Of a stretch of DNA of 64,000 nucleotides, positions 22,419 through 31,965 are shown piece after piece. The stretch is taken from sequence record NC_070992.1, one strand, 5' to 3'. The stretch's first letter is position 1; every line of letters starts with the position of its first letter. The notes below the pieces were generated by a model, which was not told where the DNA came from, made no database searches, and saw nothing but the letters and a program-made list of their open reading frames with translations. The position numbers and the translations under genes are program-made. Source of the stretch: Escherichia phage Paul.

Positions 22419-23057
22419 CTACCATTCTAAAAGACCTTTAAAACTAGTTTGTTCTACTGTTCTCTGAAAAGGTAAGTTAGTTCTAGCTTGAGATTCTAAT
22501 TGAATCTTCTTTCGGATTTCCTCCAATTGCTCTCTACTTTTATCCCCCACTGGAAACAATATAGTTTCTAATACGCTTTTTCTCTCAGCGAACTCCTTAC
22601 GAATTTCTTGCAGAGACACAGCTTTGTAATCAATTTGTTCCATTGAAGTACAAAAGTATCTCCAATCTTTTATAGTAGAATTATGAGTATGAGCATAGAT
22701 ATTATACCTTCCTCTCATTTCATCAGAGTGAATAGGAATATGAGTTACCCAAAATTCTTTGTACTTATAATCACCACTGATGTGTCTAAAGACTTTCATC
22801 ATATCAGGGAGAAGTTCTAATCTGTCATGGTTTCCTAAGACAAGATGTTTCTCTCCTTTTACTTCAGCGATGATATCAAGAGCATACTTTTCAAACACCC
22901 AATCACCGGTAAAGAAGATTTTATCACGCTTAGTTACATGATCAAATGCAGCTAGGATTGCTTTGTCGTGTTCTTCGATGGTTTTAAATTGCTTACGAAA
23001 ACTACAGATGTTGCGATGACCTAAGTGACCATCTCCTGCAAAATAAACTTCAGCCAT
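22419..23057 (-). CDS. calcineurin-like metallophosphoesterase (Ser/Thr phosphatase family)
   Basis: GDGHLGH, GDWV and GNHD motifs in canonical order. Confidence 0.7.
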   Translation of the reverse strand: MAEVYFAGDGHLGHRNICSFRKQFKTIEEHDKAILAAFDHVTKRDKIFFTGDWVFEKYALDIIAEVKGEKHLVLGNHDRLELLPDMMKVFRHISGDYKYKEFWVTHIPIHSDEMRGRYNIYAHTHNSTIKDWRYFCTSMEQIDYKAVSLQEIRKEFAERKSVLETILFPVGDKSREQLEEIRKKIQLESQARTNLPFQRTVEQTSFKGLLEW

Positions 23058-23066
23058 AAAGACCTC

Positions 23067-23282
23067 TTAGATAGTGCACCCGTCGCAAGTTAAATCGCCT
23101 AGAAGGGATAGAGAAAGTAATCTGGATTGCTCATCACTGTATAGTTGATCAATCTCTTCTTTAAGTTTTGCCAACTCTATGAAATTGATAAGTTGTCCAT
23201 GTTCAAGACAGTCTGTTTTTAGTATAAATAAAACTTCAGCGTCTGTTGAATCTTCACTTGAATATTTATCAATGTATTCCAT
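23067..23282 (-). CDS. hypothetical protein
   Basis: 71-aa ORF in the operon; acidic. Confidence 0.35.
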   Translation of the reverse strand: MEYIDKYSSEDSTDAEVLFILKTDCLEHGQLINFIELAKLKEEIDQLYSDEQSRLLSLSLLGDLTCDGCTI

Positions 23283-23438
23283 TTTTTACTCCTATTAACT
23301 ATGACCAAGATTTAGCTTTTACTTCGACGTATGTTTTAACTTCACCTTTCAAGACTTCCTGAGAAGCAATTGCACTTTCCTCAGAGTGATGTACAACGGT
23401 GATCTCTTTCTTTCCAATTCTATAAGTGTGAATCCAAA

Positions 23439-23657
23439 TCATGATACTTCCTTAATATCAATTAGTTCATAGCTGCATCCTGCATCTTTGCAAGATTGCT
23501 CCAATTTCTGTGTTGCCTCTATTGGGTTTTCGCCATCAACTACCTCTTTTTTACAAGAGGCTACTACGTTATAGGCATCAGTCCAAAATCTACTTTTATA
23601 CTCAATTAAATAATATTTCATCGAGATGTTGTCCTCCCCCAATCTTTTACGTAGCAT
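23439..23657 (-). CDS. hypothetical protein
   Basis: 72-aa ORF. Confidence 0.35.
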   Translation of the reverse strand: MLRKRLGEDNISMKYYLIEYKSRFWTDAYNVVASCKKEVVDGENPIEATQKLEQSCKDAGCSYELIDIKEVS

Positions 23658-23793
23658 CGACCGTTAACCCACTTTGTCTCTGATTTAAACTCTTGAGACA
23701 ACCTCACTTCACAGTCTTCTTTACTAGCATCCCCTCCGATATCAATCAGATATAAGAATAGAGCTATACCTAAAGTCCAAAGGATTATTCTCT

Positions 23794-24204
23794 TCATCGA
23801 ATCACCAAAGGCTCTTCAGAGTACACAGGAGCGGCTATTTCTACAGGAGGTGCTGCCCTAAGGTCATTAAGCCTTACACCCTTCAGCATGCCATCTAGGT
23901 GGTCCTTCTTAGGGATTCCAACAGGGAAGTCGTCAATCCAAATATCTACAAAGAAACCTAGCTGACGACATACATCATCCTTCTGAACGCCATTGCAAAA
24001 GATGATAGGAATCTGCAAACACTCTGCATCAATCTTAATGTCGTGGTTATCGTACCCATTAGGCTCTGCAAAGCGATAAGTTACAAAACGTACATCATAA
24101 CCCTTTGCTTGCATTAATGTCACCACAGAGCGCCACAGCTCTTTATCTGAGGTGTAAGTATCATCGTAATCTAAACCAATATTCATGTCGAATCCTTTAG
24201 ACAA
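23794..24204 (-). CDS. HAD-superfamily phosphatase-like protein
   Basis: N-terminal IGLDYDDTYT (DxDxT) and C-terminal VDIWIDD resemble HAD motifs I and IV. Confidence 0.4.
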   Translation of the reverse strand: MSKGFDMNIGLDYDDTYTSDKELWRSVVTLMQAKGYDVRFVTYRFAEPNGYDNHDIKIDAECLQIPIIFCNGVQKDDVCRQLGFFVDIWIDDFPVGIPKKDHLDGMLKGVRLNDLRAAPPVEIAAPVYSEEPLVIR

Positions 24205-24228
24205 GAAAAGCCGCCCTAAGGCAGCTTC
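24199..24228 (-). terminator. putative intrinsic terminator (minus strand)
   Basis: Minus-strand hairpin AAGCTGCC-TTAG-GGCGGCTT followed by TTTTCTTG. Confidence 0.5.
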
Positions 24229-24233
24229 TTATT

Positions 24234-24410
24234 TAACTATTCACTTTAGCTTCAAGTGTTTCATTTTCAATACTCAAGTCAATCACTACGCCAGTAAGCT
24301 CAACGACTGCTTGGCGAAGGGCATCTTTACCCATAGAATGTACTTGAGATAAGAAGAAAGCTTTACCTTCTTCCGTGGATAGAGTTTCTTTTAATTCAGA
24401 AGCAGTCATT
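24234..24410 (-). CDS. hypothetical small protein (58 aa, below the track cutoff)
   Basis: ORF MTASELKETLSTEEGKAF... found by eye with SD AAGGAA upstream; ends just before the terminator hairpin. Confidence 0.3.
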
Positions 24411-24423
24411 GATATTCCTTATT

Positions 24424-24615
24424 TTACATTGTATAAATTCGCATGATTGTACCACCATCAGCTTCGATAGCAGCAACAACTTCATCTCGTTCTTCATCCG
24501 TGTACACTAGTACGCTTTTAAACGAACCAGTAATGTCTGTGTACAAAATGTTGTACTTGGGAGGTGGCTTACGGTAAATACCTTCCATCACTCTTTCTCC
24601 TCTCGTTCTTTCCAC
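24424..24615 (-). CDS. hypothetical protein
   Basis: 63-aa ORF. Confidence 0.3.
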   Translation of the reverse strand: MERTRGERVMEGIYRKPPPKYNILYTDITGSFKSVLVYTDEERDEVVAAIEADGGTIMRIYTM

Positions 24616-24771
24616 AGTTCGGCTAGCTCTAGGTAGAACTCAGCCTCATCAGGACGTCCTTGTTCATTACAGATGGCGCTCTGACGATAACACCAATCCG
24701 ATGGCATCTCTTCCACTTTAATCTCCTTGTTACGAACCAATCAATAAGAATAGTTCATTCGTCTTATTTAT

Positions 24772-24963
24772 TCACTCTACCAATGCAGGTACTTCCATCC
24801 TTTTAACTGTGAATGTCTTGTTTGGAAACTTTCGAACTAGTTCTGCTGCTTTGGTTATTGCTAAGTTCTCTGTCTCAAAGATATACAGTTGACCATTTAA
24901 TGCTATAAGAGTGGAGCCGCCACTGAAGACGGCCCAAGATTCATAATAACCACGAATACTCAT
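24772..24963 (-). CDS. hypothetical protein
   Basis: 63-aa ORF abutting the polymerase gene. Confidence 0.3.
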   Translation of the reverse strand: MSIRGYYESWAVFSGGSTLIALNGQLYIFETENLAITKAAELVRKFPNKTFTVKRMEVPALVE

Positions 24964-24971
24964 AACTTACC

Positions 24972-26816
24972 TTAATGTGTGTGCATCCAGTTAAGCCCAA
25001 TCTGACAATCAGATGCCAGAGGACATTCCATGTTCAAGTACTCACCAGCCTTCTTAACACAAAGCTCGGTGTGCTCTTTAAGTTTCTGTACATCATTACG
25101 GTTCACTGAGAATTGACCTTCATCATGCATATCAATTACCTTAGCACAACGAACCCCATCCTTCTCAATCCACTTGTTAAGGAACATCATAGCATATTTC
25201 ATAACAACAGCACCGGCACATTGCAGGAGTGTGTTAAGGGCTTTATGAACCATAACTTTACCAGTGGCATCTCGTCTCATTGTAATCTTACGACCATCAA
25301 CGCCAATCAAGTATCCCTGAGCAGCCTTTTCTGTCATACGATCAATGAGGATTGCAATACATGGGTTCTCTGCTAAGAAACGTGCTCGCATCACTGAACC
25401 TTCGTCAGCCCCACCACCTACAATTGAACCAAGCTTAGCATCACCAGCACCATAGTTGAATGCATAGATAAACGTTTTAGCGTTGTCACGAGTAGGAAGA
25501 CCAGCAAGTTTCTGGTTGTGAGAGTGAATATCACCTTCAAGGAGGATATCACGATACATAATAGCAGAAGCTAAACCACGTTCTGCCAGAGCTTTCTTAG
25601 CTGGATTATTCTCTTCTATTGCTTCAGCAAGCATGTCCCTACACTCTTTAATGAGGTAGTGTGCAAGCATACGCAATTCTAATCCAGAACCATCATACCC
25701 CAAGAATACCTCTTTACCAGCGGGTATGTAATATTTGTAAGCACCTACAGGCTTGTCTTTCTTCCCCGGCTTACCTTTCTCATAAATTACGTTAGTACCT
25801 TTTCGTATATAACAACCATCAGGAACAACGTTAGTAATAATGAAAGGACGAGAGTGATCATCATCTGAGTTATAGTCAGACTCAAACAGACCGCGACACT
25901 CATGACCAAACAAACCACGGGAGGGAATATTAACCACGATACGATGTTTGAATCGAAAAGTCGGCGTAGCGCAGCTGTTAGCTTCTGCCGAAAGTTTACC
26001 ATCTTCGCGCTCCTTTGCTATAAGTCCACTAATAAGACCTAGCCTGTGAGCCGCTACAACGCGTCTCTTAAGCAAACTTCCGACACTCCCTAGCTCACCC
26101 CCTAACCCTTCTTCAAGAGTCTCCTCGAGGTTTGTAGGAGCTGTAGGCCACTTGTTTGAGGTAGCTAGTGCTATCTTAATCTCATCAAAAGTGATAGGTC
26201 TACGTCGGTTAGGATTTAAACCTAAACCAAATACATAAGCCTTCATGTAGTTCTTAGTTTTAAACCGAAAATGCTTCTCTAAGAACTTTCTAATATCAGC
26301 GTCAACCATCTCGGCTGTCTGCTTCTGTTTAGCATTACCTCGCATCCAAGCTGAATACCATGCTTGGTATGTTCCATACTTCCGCATATCTTTCTTGATT
26401 TCAAAAGTATTCCAAGGTTTCTTTGATACGTTAAACTCTGGAGGAAGAAAACCCTCATCCATAAGGGCTTCTTTAACTCGGGCATCTTTCGATGGGTCAA
26501 AGTCTACGTACTCAACACAGGTGAATGCTCCACCAATGTCTTCTCTCTTAAGTCCAACTCTATCACAATAGGCTTGAGGCCATTTCTGTAAAGCTCCAGA
26601 CTTCTTAAACGGCTTCATGTAAGTAGAGCCATCTAGTCTCATCTTAGGTAAGAGAGGAATTAATTCTTTGTCAATATTAACAATAATCTCTTTAAGGAGG
26701 TGAACATACCACCGAGCATTTCTTCGGTTGAAACTCACTCCGTGCTTTGCTTGCTTAGAGATTATATCAGCGACAGTCATCTCTGTCAAAAATGGAAGAG
26801 CGTCCGGGTTGCTCAC
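24972..26816 (-). CDS. DNA polymerase, family A polymerase domain (T7 gp5-like, lacks the exonuclease domain)
   Basis: Motif A DGSGLELRMLAH, motif B RDNAKTFIYAFNYG, motif C HDE; no Exo I-III motifs in this ORF. Confidence 0.85.
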   Translation of the reverse strand: MSNPDALPFLTEMTVADIISKQAKHGVSFNRRNARWYVHLLKEIIVNIDKELIPLLPKMRLDGSTYMKPFKKSGALQKWPQAYCDRVGLKREDIGGAFTCVEYVDFDPSKDARVKEALMDEGFLPPEFNVSKKPWNTFEIKKDMRKYGTYQAWYSAWMRGNAKQKQTAEMVDADIRKFLEKHFRFKTKNYMKAYVFGLGLNPNRRRPITFDEIKIALATSNKWPTAPTNLEETLEEGLGGELGSVGSLLKRRVVAAHRLGLISGLIAKEREDGKLSAEANSCATPTFRFKHRIVVNIPSRGLFGHECRGLFESDYNSDDDHSRPFIITNVVPDGCYIRKGTNVIYEKGKPGKKDKPVGAYKYYIPAGKEVFLGYDGSGLELRMLAHYLIKECRDMLAEAIEENNPAKKALAERGLASAIMYRDILLEGDIHSHNQKLAGLPTRDNAKTFIYAFNYGAGDAKLGSIVGGGADEGSVMRARFLAENPCIAILIDRMTEKAAQGYLIGVDGRKITMRRDATGKVMVHKALNTLLQCAGAVVMKYAMMFLNKWIEKDGVRCAKVIDMHDEGQFSVNRNDVQKLKEHTELCVKKAGEYLNMECPLASDCQIGLNWMHTH

Positions 26817-26832
26817 TTTATACTCCTTTAAA

Positions 26833-27255
26833 TTATTGGTAAAGTAAATCTGTAAATGCTTGGTTATCTTCTATCACATCTAACATGGTAGCTTCGTCAC
26901 TGTAAGCCCTAACCGTCCCGTTGACAACTGTCCAAGGAGGAGGTGGAGGTGGTGCATGGTTAGCCCTAGCTTCACGAGGTTGCTCTCGTACTAAATGAGC
27001 CACAACCCTTTGATTAGCAACTTCTTCTCTTTCTCGAATAGCTCTTTGGATGTAAGCCAGTTTCATACCCCAAGCTTCTTCAAATTCTTGAGGGTGTTTA
27101 TCGCTGATAACCACATACTGACGTTCAGGAATACCAGAGCGAATCTCTGATAATAGTTCATGGAACAGGTCCAGTTCGTGCTCAGTGAGATTCATTTCAA
27201 TATCATCCCACTTGAGAACTAGGAAACGGTTTTGGTGTCTAGCTGGTAATGGCAT
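26833..27255 (-). CDS. hypothetical protein
   Basis: 140-aa ORF with a poly-Pro stretch. Confidence 0.35.
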   Translation of the reverse strand: MPLPARHQNRFLVLKWDDIEMNLTEHELDLFHELLSEIRSGIPERQYVVISDKHPQEFEEAWGMKLAYIQRAIREREEVANQRVVAHLVREQPREARANHAPPPPPPWTVVNGTVRAYSDEATMLDVIEDNQAFTDLLYQ

Positions 27256-27418
27256 CCTACTCCACCTCTACTTCAATGTAAGTTCTCTCGCCAACATCGT
27301 CTTTTAAGACCCATGACTTGGCATCTTCTTCCGACTTAAAAGCTTTCACAACGCTGTATCCACCTTCCCATTCATCACCGAACCAGCGCTGTCCTACGTA
27401 AATGTATTCTTTCATCAC

Positions 27419-27703
27419 TCAACCTTTCGGGAATGGCATTAAAAATTCTACAGCAGATTTGATTTCGTTATTGATTCGTGAATCACGGTAAGAGATAAAC
27501 TTACCTTTGCTGTCACGTAACATCACATGGGTTCTGGCTGTTTTGTGAGGAAGCAAAGTGATACTGGTTGGGATAGTATCAATTCCTACAGAGCATGAAT
27601 TAATAGTCTTACTCTCTACTAGCAGATAAGACCAAGTACGGGGTTTCTGCTCCGGACGGTTGGGGTATGTGTCTCGAATCTGTACCATAGCTAATTTATT
27701 CAT
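27419..27703 (-). CDS. hypothetical protein (tandem paralog 1)
   Basis: C-terminus KGKFISYRDSRINNEIKSAVEFLMPFPKG matches the neighbouring ORF. Confidence 0.4.
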   Translation of the reverse strand: MNKLAMVQIRDTYPNRPEQKPRTWSYLLVESKTINSCSVGIDTIPTSITLLPHKTARTHVMLRDSKGKFISYRDSRINNEIKSAVEFLMPFPKG

Positions 27704-27704
27704 A

Positions 27705-27959
27705 TTAAACTCCTTTAGGGAATGGGATGAGATTTTCTACTGCAACACGAAAAGATTTTTCTACGTTCTTATTCTTATAAGAAATGAATTTACCATCAGC
27801 ACCACGAAGGATTACATTAGTGCGAGCTGTTTTAGGGTTAATCTCAATCATCCGTTCGATGACCTTGTTTGATTTGTTGTGGTGGTTAGTGAAAGTCCAC
27901 TTAACAATCTTGCCATCTCTGGTTACATCAAAAATATTTACGATTTTTACAATAGACAT
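27705..27959 (-). CDS. hypothetical protein (tandem paralog 2)
   Basis: C-terminus DGKFISYKNKNVEKSFRVAVENLIPFPKGV matches ORF 27419..27703. Confidence 0.4.
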   Translation of the reverse strand: MSIVKIVNIFDVTRDGKIVKWTFTNHHNKSNKVIERMIEINPKTARTNVILRGADGKFISYKNKNVEKSFRVAVENLIPFPKGV

Positions 27960-28027
27960 ATTTATTACCTAGGAAATTTAATTTGGTTTATATAAAAGAA
28001 AAGGCCACCCATTTGGGTAGCCTCATA

Positions 28028-28345
28028 TTACGATGAGCTTAAAGCTCCTTTGCGTGCTCCAGCTGCTTTTCCAGCTCGATCACCACTTTTGCCGCCGTTT
28101 GAACGGTTTGAGCTGACTGATTCAACACGTAAGTTGCTTGACGCATTAGAACCTCCAGACTTGACAGCTCGTTTGTGTCCAACGTCTTTACCTCTGACAG
28201 CAGCTTTTCCATCGCGCTTTTCAACGATGCGACGTGCACGGTGGCGCTGAGCATCTCCGCTCTTGCTCCCAATTCCCGTTTCACCGCGCTTGATCGCAGT
28301 TCTTCTTTCTTGTGCATAATCTCTCTTTCCTACATGGTCTGCCAT
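28028..28345 (-). CDS. highly basic low-complexity protein
   Basis: 105 aa rich in Lys/Arg/Gly/Ser; SD AAGGAG 7 nt before the ATG; TAATGTATA motif about 40 nt upstream. Confidence 0.45.
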   Translation of the reverse strand: MADHVGKRDYAQERRTAIKRGETGIGSKSGDAQRHRARRIVEKRDGKAAVRGKDVGHKRAVKSGGSNASSNLRVESVSSNRSNGGKSGDRAGKAAGARKGALSSS

Positions 28346-28381
28346 TTAGAACTCCTTAATATATCAGTGTACACTAAGGAG

Positions 28382-28390
28382 TATACATTA
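28382..28390 (-). promoter_or_regulatory. TAATGTATA motif on the minus strand (candidate phage-sigma promoter)
   Basis: Forward TATACATTA; directly upstream of the basic-protein gene. Confidence 0.45.
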
Positions 28391-28399
28391 TGGATGCTA

Positions 28400-28567
28400 T
28401 TAAAACTCTGCTAAGTATTTAATATCAGAGGCATATACCTCATCAAAGGAAATAACTTCTCCGTTGTAAATAAGTTCTATCTTCAGTATACCAGAGCATT
28501 TGGTGTCTTTAGAGTCAACTCTGATAGAGAGCTTATTAACTATCTGAGCTTTAATCTCTTCTATCAT
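28400..28567 (-). CDS. hypothetical protein
   Basis: Track ORF 28400..28648; internal start chosen to avoid overlap with the upstream ORF. Confidence 0.25.
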   Translation of the reverse strand: MIEEIKAQIVNKLSIRVDSKDTKCSGILKIELIYNGEVISFDEVYASDIKYLAEF

Positions 28568-28580
28568 TAACTCTTGGTTA

Positions 28581-28766
28581 TTATTCACTCCACCCTCCCG
28601 GTGGTACAAAACCCTCAGGAACGTCAATGATAGTAGGTTCTCCATCATTCATGCAGGTGTCTTCATTGAACTCTTCACACTCAAAACATGCTCGTTCGAT
28701 ATTTTTGTAGAAGTCGATGGTTGATGAACCATCACCACAATCTCGGATAACTAAAGCGACTTTCAT
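28581..28766 (-). CDS. hypothetical protein
   Basis: 61-aa ORF coupled to the PhoH gene. Confidence 0.3.
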   Translation of the reverse strand: MKVALVIRDCGDGSSTIDFYKNIERACFECEEFNEDTCMNDGEPTIIDVPEGFVPPGGWSE

Positions 28767-29494
28767 TTATCTTGTTCCTTTTCCATAGCTTTAACAATAG
28801 CTTTACAGAAACCAGAACGAACAATGTCATCCGATTCGCCGTCTACAATCTCAGCGAACTCATACAGATCATGTTCATCAATAAAGTTAGTAGCCCAAGT
28901 AAGACCGCTCTCACGACCACGCATATCATGCTGGTTAGTATCACCCATACAGAACAGCTGAGAGGTTTCTCCCAATCGAGTCATGATTGAGAAGGCTTCA
29001 TCTTTAGTGGTGTTCTGGAACTCATCAACGATAACGATAGCATCATTGAAAGAACGACCACGGAGATACTCCAGAGGTACGAACTCAATGTTACTGTTAC
29101 CGAGCTGGCATTCATAGAACCCCTTACCATATCGCTGAGTAATAACATCAATGATAGGCATCAGGTAAGGTTCAAACTTCTCGCGCATCCCTCCCGGAAG
29201 TAACCCAAGAGAATTACCCATGCCGACCGAAGGGCGACTCAGGATGATCTTCTGAATCTTACCACTCTTTAGTGCATCAATAACCGTGGAAGTGATTACA
29301 AAGGTCTTACCACAGCCCGCAGGAGCGTCTGTGAACACAACTTGTTTAGTCTTGATAGCATTTAGTAGTTCAGACTGAAACTGGTTCTGAGGTACTACAG
29401 GCTTCGCTAAAACCACTTCTTCAAACTCTCGCTTACCTTTACGAGTGACAAGTGCTTCCCGACGAAGATCTTTCCGTGATTGACGACGACTCAT
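28763..29494 (-). CDS. phoH: PhoH-like ATPase
   Basis: Walker A AGCGKTF, LGLLPGG, VDEFQN and MGDTNQHDM match PhoH family motifs. Confidence 0.8.
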   Translation of the reverse strand: MSRRQSRKDLRREALVTRKGKREFEEVVLAKPVVPQNQFQSELLNAIKTKQVVFTDAPAGCGKTFVITSTVIDALKSGKIQKIILSRPSVGMGNSLGLLPGGMREKFEPYLMPIIDVITQRYGKGFYECQLGNSNIEFVPLEYLRGRSFNDAIVIVDEFQNTTKDEAFSIMTRLGETSQLFCMGDTNQHDMRGRESGLTWATNFIDEHDLYEFAEIVDGESDDIVRSGFCKAIVKAMEKEQDK

Positions 29495-29688
29495 TTACGC
29501 TCTCCAATTTCTTCGTAATGACATTCAGTAGTTAAACAATCTTTACAGATTGCTGTATAAACCCTGACGTTAGTAAATCGTTTGTTCTTCCCTTTGGTTG
29601 GAGAGCCTTTGGCAAGCTCTCTGATAACCTTGTTACTTAAATGAAGGTTTGTCCCTTCACATTTAGAGCACTTCACCACAATGTCCAT
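29491..29688 (-). CDS. small zinc-ribbon protein
   Basis: 65 aa with CSKCEG ... CKDCLTTEC cysteine pairs. Confidence 0.35.
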   Translation of the reverse strand: MDIVVKCSKCEGTNLHLSNKVIRELAKGSPTKGKNKRFTNVRVYTAICKDCLTTECHYEEIGERK

Positions 29689-29873
29689 TCAGTAAGAGAC
29701 CACAGAGAGTCACCTATGTGGGCATTGTCATTCCTGATGAGGTCTTTGATTTTATCAACATCAGTTAAGTGAGTCACATTCAAAACATCCTCAACATCCG
29801 GGGCATATTTAAATATGGCAACAATACTGTTGTGATCTTCAGCATATCTTTCTAGAACATAAACTACGCTCAT
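29673..29873 (-). CDS. hypothetical protein
   Basis: 66-aa ORF. Confidence 0.3.
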   Translation of the reverse strand: MSVVYVLERYAEDHNSIVAIFKYAPDVEDVLNVTHLTDVDKIKDLIRNDNAHIGDSLWSLTEWTLW

Positions 29874-30022
29874 GCGAAATCCTCTAACTTCGTAGAGAGT
29901 TTAATGATGCTGTTAATACTAATAATCTGATCTTGAGAAAGAATTCTACCTTTCATTTTACGGGACATCTTTCTTTTTGATCGTCTTTCTTGATAGAATC
30001 GGTTCTTTAAAGTCTTAACCAT
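29870..30022 (-). CDS. hypothetical small basic protein
   Basis: Track ORF 29870..30223 trimmed to an internal Met to avoid overlap with 30015..30338. Confidence 0.2.
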   Translation of the reverse strand: MVKTLKNRFYQERRSKRKMSRKMKGRILSQDQIISINSIIKLSTKLEDFA

Positions 30023-30338
30023 GACGTACACCTGTTTTAAGTCTGTAAACAGATAGGGCCATACAGGCCACTGTTTCACTGTGTGGGAGATGCATTCCTG
30101 TAGAACCATCCCAGTCTTTGAACTCTTTGTCAAAGACTCCGGTAGGCTCTGGATACAAGGCTTGCAACTCAACCAAATCATTAGCAACTTGTTGCCATTT
30201 ATCATCAGACCAGATAGGGTCATCCAACCAGTAATACAAATAGGAATGGATGATCAATTGCCTTCTGTGCCGATTAATTACTTCAGCGGGACTTATTTCA
30301 CTTCCATTTGAAGTCCTAAATGTATTACTGTCGATCAT
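30015..30338 (-). CDS. hypothetical protein
   Basis: 107-aa ORF with Trp/Asp-rich globular-looking sequence. Confidence 0.35.
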   Translation of the reverse strand: MIDSNTFRTSNGSEISPAEVINRHRRQLIIHSYLYYWLDDPIWSDDKWQQVANDLVELQALYPEPTGVFDKEFKDWDGSTGMHLPHSETVACMALSVYRLKTGVRHG

Positions 30339-30541
30339 TATGAAAATTTCCGTTCCGTTAAAAAGTACTGAACTTCATTATCTGGAGACCAAACCTTTTC
30401 TCCATTTACCAATTTCTTAGCATCTTCATACGAAGCACAATCCAAAGCAGGGTTATCAGGTGTCGGTTTCCCTAGGAAATATTTCCAAGTCCAACGCTCT
30501 CCGTCATCATCTTGACAGTCAAGAGTCCATAATGTTTTCAT
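30338..30541 (-). CDS. hypothetical protein
   Basis: 67-aa ORF. Confidence 0.3.
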   Translation of the reverse strand: MKTLWTLDCQDDDGERWTWKYFLGKPTPDNPALDCASYEDAKKLVNGEKVWSPDNEVQYFLTERKFS

Positions 30542-30792
30542 TTCACAACCTTAAATTTGAATGTTGTTGGGTGGTAATAATGCAACCTATTGATAGTGTG
30601 CTTTGTTTCAAGGTATGTCCTACAGGAGTGGCACATAACATGAGACAAACCAGTCACAGGATTGGGCTTAAAATTGATGATCGGCTTTTCTTTCTTACAG
30701 AAGCTACAGACTTTCTTTTCCATCTTTTCTCCAGTGGTCAACGAATTGCTGAAACACTTTATGTTCGAATGTGAAACTTCGAGCAATCCCAC
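30538..30792 (-). CDS. small zinc-ribbon protein
   Basis: CSFCKK ... CHSCRT cysteine pairs; true start may be the internal Met near 30723. Confidence 0.3.
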   Translation of the reverse strand: MGLLEVSHSNIKCFSNSLTTGEKMEKKVCSFCKKEKPIINFKPNPVTGLSHVMCHSCRTYLETKHTINRLHYYHPTTFKFKVVK

Positions 30793-30937
30793 ACTCTATG
30801 AAAGTAGAAGGCATATAGTCTACATCATCTTTAGATGTATGACCATAAACTTGAATAAGCTTTTTAATTTTATCCTTCTCTCTTCGAGGAAGCATTCTAA
30901 ATGCCTCCTGAATATCTGTAATATGTTTGATTTTCAT
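30704..30937 (-). CDS. hypothetical protein
   Basis: 77-aa ORF partly overlapping the previous one in another frame. Confidence 0.3.
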   Translation of the reverse strand: MKIKHITDIQEAFRMLPRREKDKIKKLIQVYGHTSKDDVDYMPSTFIECGIARSFTFEHKVFQQFVDHWRKDGKESL

Positions 30938-31083
30938 CAGAAATTCCTGCTAATCCTCTGGATTATGAGAACAGCAATACTCACATACTCCGCAACATGG
31001 ACAAATTTCTACACTTGGGTCATATGCGTCATCAACTGTCATCCCACACTTGGTGCAGAACACGTCATCATCTTCTTCCAATA

Positions 31084-31740
31084 TTAACTCTCCAAAGTTT
31101 TCTTCAGGGCTGCCCATGAGATTGGGTAGAGCTTAGCCATCTCTTCGTCTAGGGATTTAGCAAATACTCGAACTTCGTATTGAGCGTGAGAGGAGAGTCG
31201 CTGACGACACAACTCAAACCAGCCATACAAAGAACCAGTCCACACCCACTCAGTGATCATCCCCTGAGGTAGTACAAATCGGGCTTGCTCTGGTGCAATA
31301 AACTCAATCAACTTGTCATATGCTGCTAGAGAAGCTTCATATGCATCGTTAATTAACATTAATGCTTCAGCTCGCTCTCCGTCGATGAGCTGAACCCCTG
31401 AACCTGCATGGAGGTCCGAAGGTCTCGCAAAAATCTCTTTAGGGATGAAGACTTCAACTGCTCCATCTTTATACCGCCGGGACATTTCGTTCCACGAGAA
31501 TCCAACCTGATGCTTGCCCAGCTGTCTCGCAATTGCGATAGGTGCTTTGCATCGGAAACTGACTTGCGGGTGTCGGAATGGGGTAACATGCTTCTCTCTT
31601 GCGAGGAAGTTGATGAGACGTTCATCACGTTCATTTAAATCACCTTCACGGGTTACGCCAAAGGAAACTCGAGCTGCGTTTACTACGCTACGATCACTTC
31701 CCATAGCTTCGATTAATGTTGCTTGTAATTGTTCATTCAT
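31084..31740 (-). CDS. thyX: flavin-dependent thymidylate synthase-like protein (ThyX family) with variant signature
   Basis: AARVSF, CKAPIAIARQ, SRRY and SSHAQYE match ThyX; the canonical RHR-x8-S signature reads KHQ-x8-S. Confidence 0.7.
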   Translation of the reverse strand: MNEQLQATLIEAMGSDRSVVNAARVSFGVTREGDLNERDERLINFLAREKHVTPFRHPQVSFRCKAPIAIARQLGKHQVGFSWNEMSRRYKDGAVEVFIPKEIFARPSDLHAGSGVQLIDGERAEALMLINDAYEASLAAYDKLIEFIAPEQARFVLPQGMITEWVWTGSLYGWFELCRQRLSSHAQYEVRVFAKSLDEEMAKLYPISWAALKKTLES

Positions 31741-31755
31741 CCGTGAATTTCCTTA

Positions 31756-31965
31756 TTAATATTCCTTGATTGGGGATACCACAAAACCACCAAGAGGTGA
31801 GGTAAAAGATTTATGTAAGCTTATTTTGCTATAAATCTTTGGAGCCATCTTAAGAGCCTTCTTAAAACGACGAGCATCTTTACGAGTAGCAAAATGCTCT
31901 GTAACAGGTATAGAATGGTCTTGGTAGATACAATACATCACCGTCCAGTATTTTCCCATAATCAA
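31756..31965 (-). CDS. small-protein family A member (69 aa)
   Basis: Shares a W..V ... TR..AR..KK ... Y pattern with ORFs at 33442, 33651 and 33860. Confidence 0.4.
   Translation of the reverse strand: MIMGKYWTVMYCIYQDHSIPVTEHFATRKDARRFKKALKMAPKIYSKISLHKSFTSPLGGFVVSPIKEY

Noticed and set aside
25113-25376. Plus-strand ORFs inside minus-strand genes (for example 17385..17648, 25113..25376, 30662..31087, 35320..35649, 59317..59679)
   Set aside because: They are antisense to longer ORFs with recognisable domains, lack Shine-Dalgarno sequences and have low-complexity translations.
28039-28317. 92-aa coiled-coil ORF overlapping the basic-protein gene in another frame
   Set aside because: The basic-protein frame has the strong SD (AAGGAG, 7-nt spacing) and the promoter motif; the alternative frame is probably a shadow ORF, though dual coding cannot be excluded.
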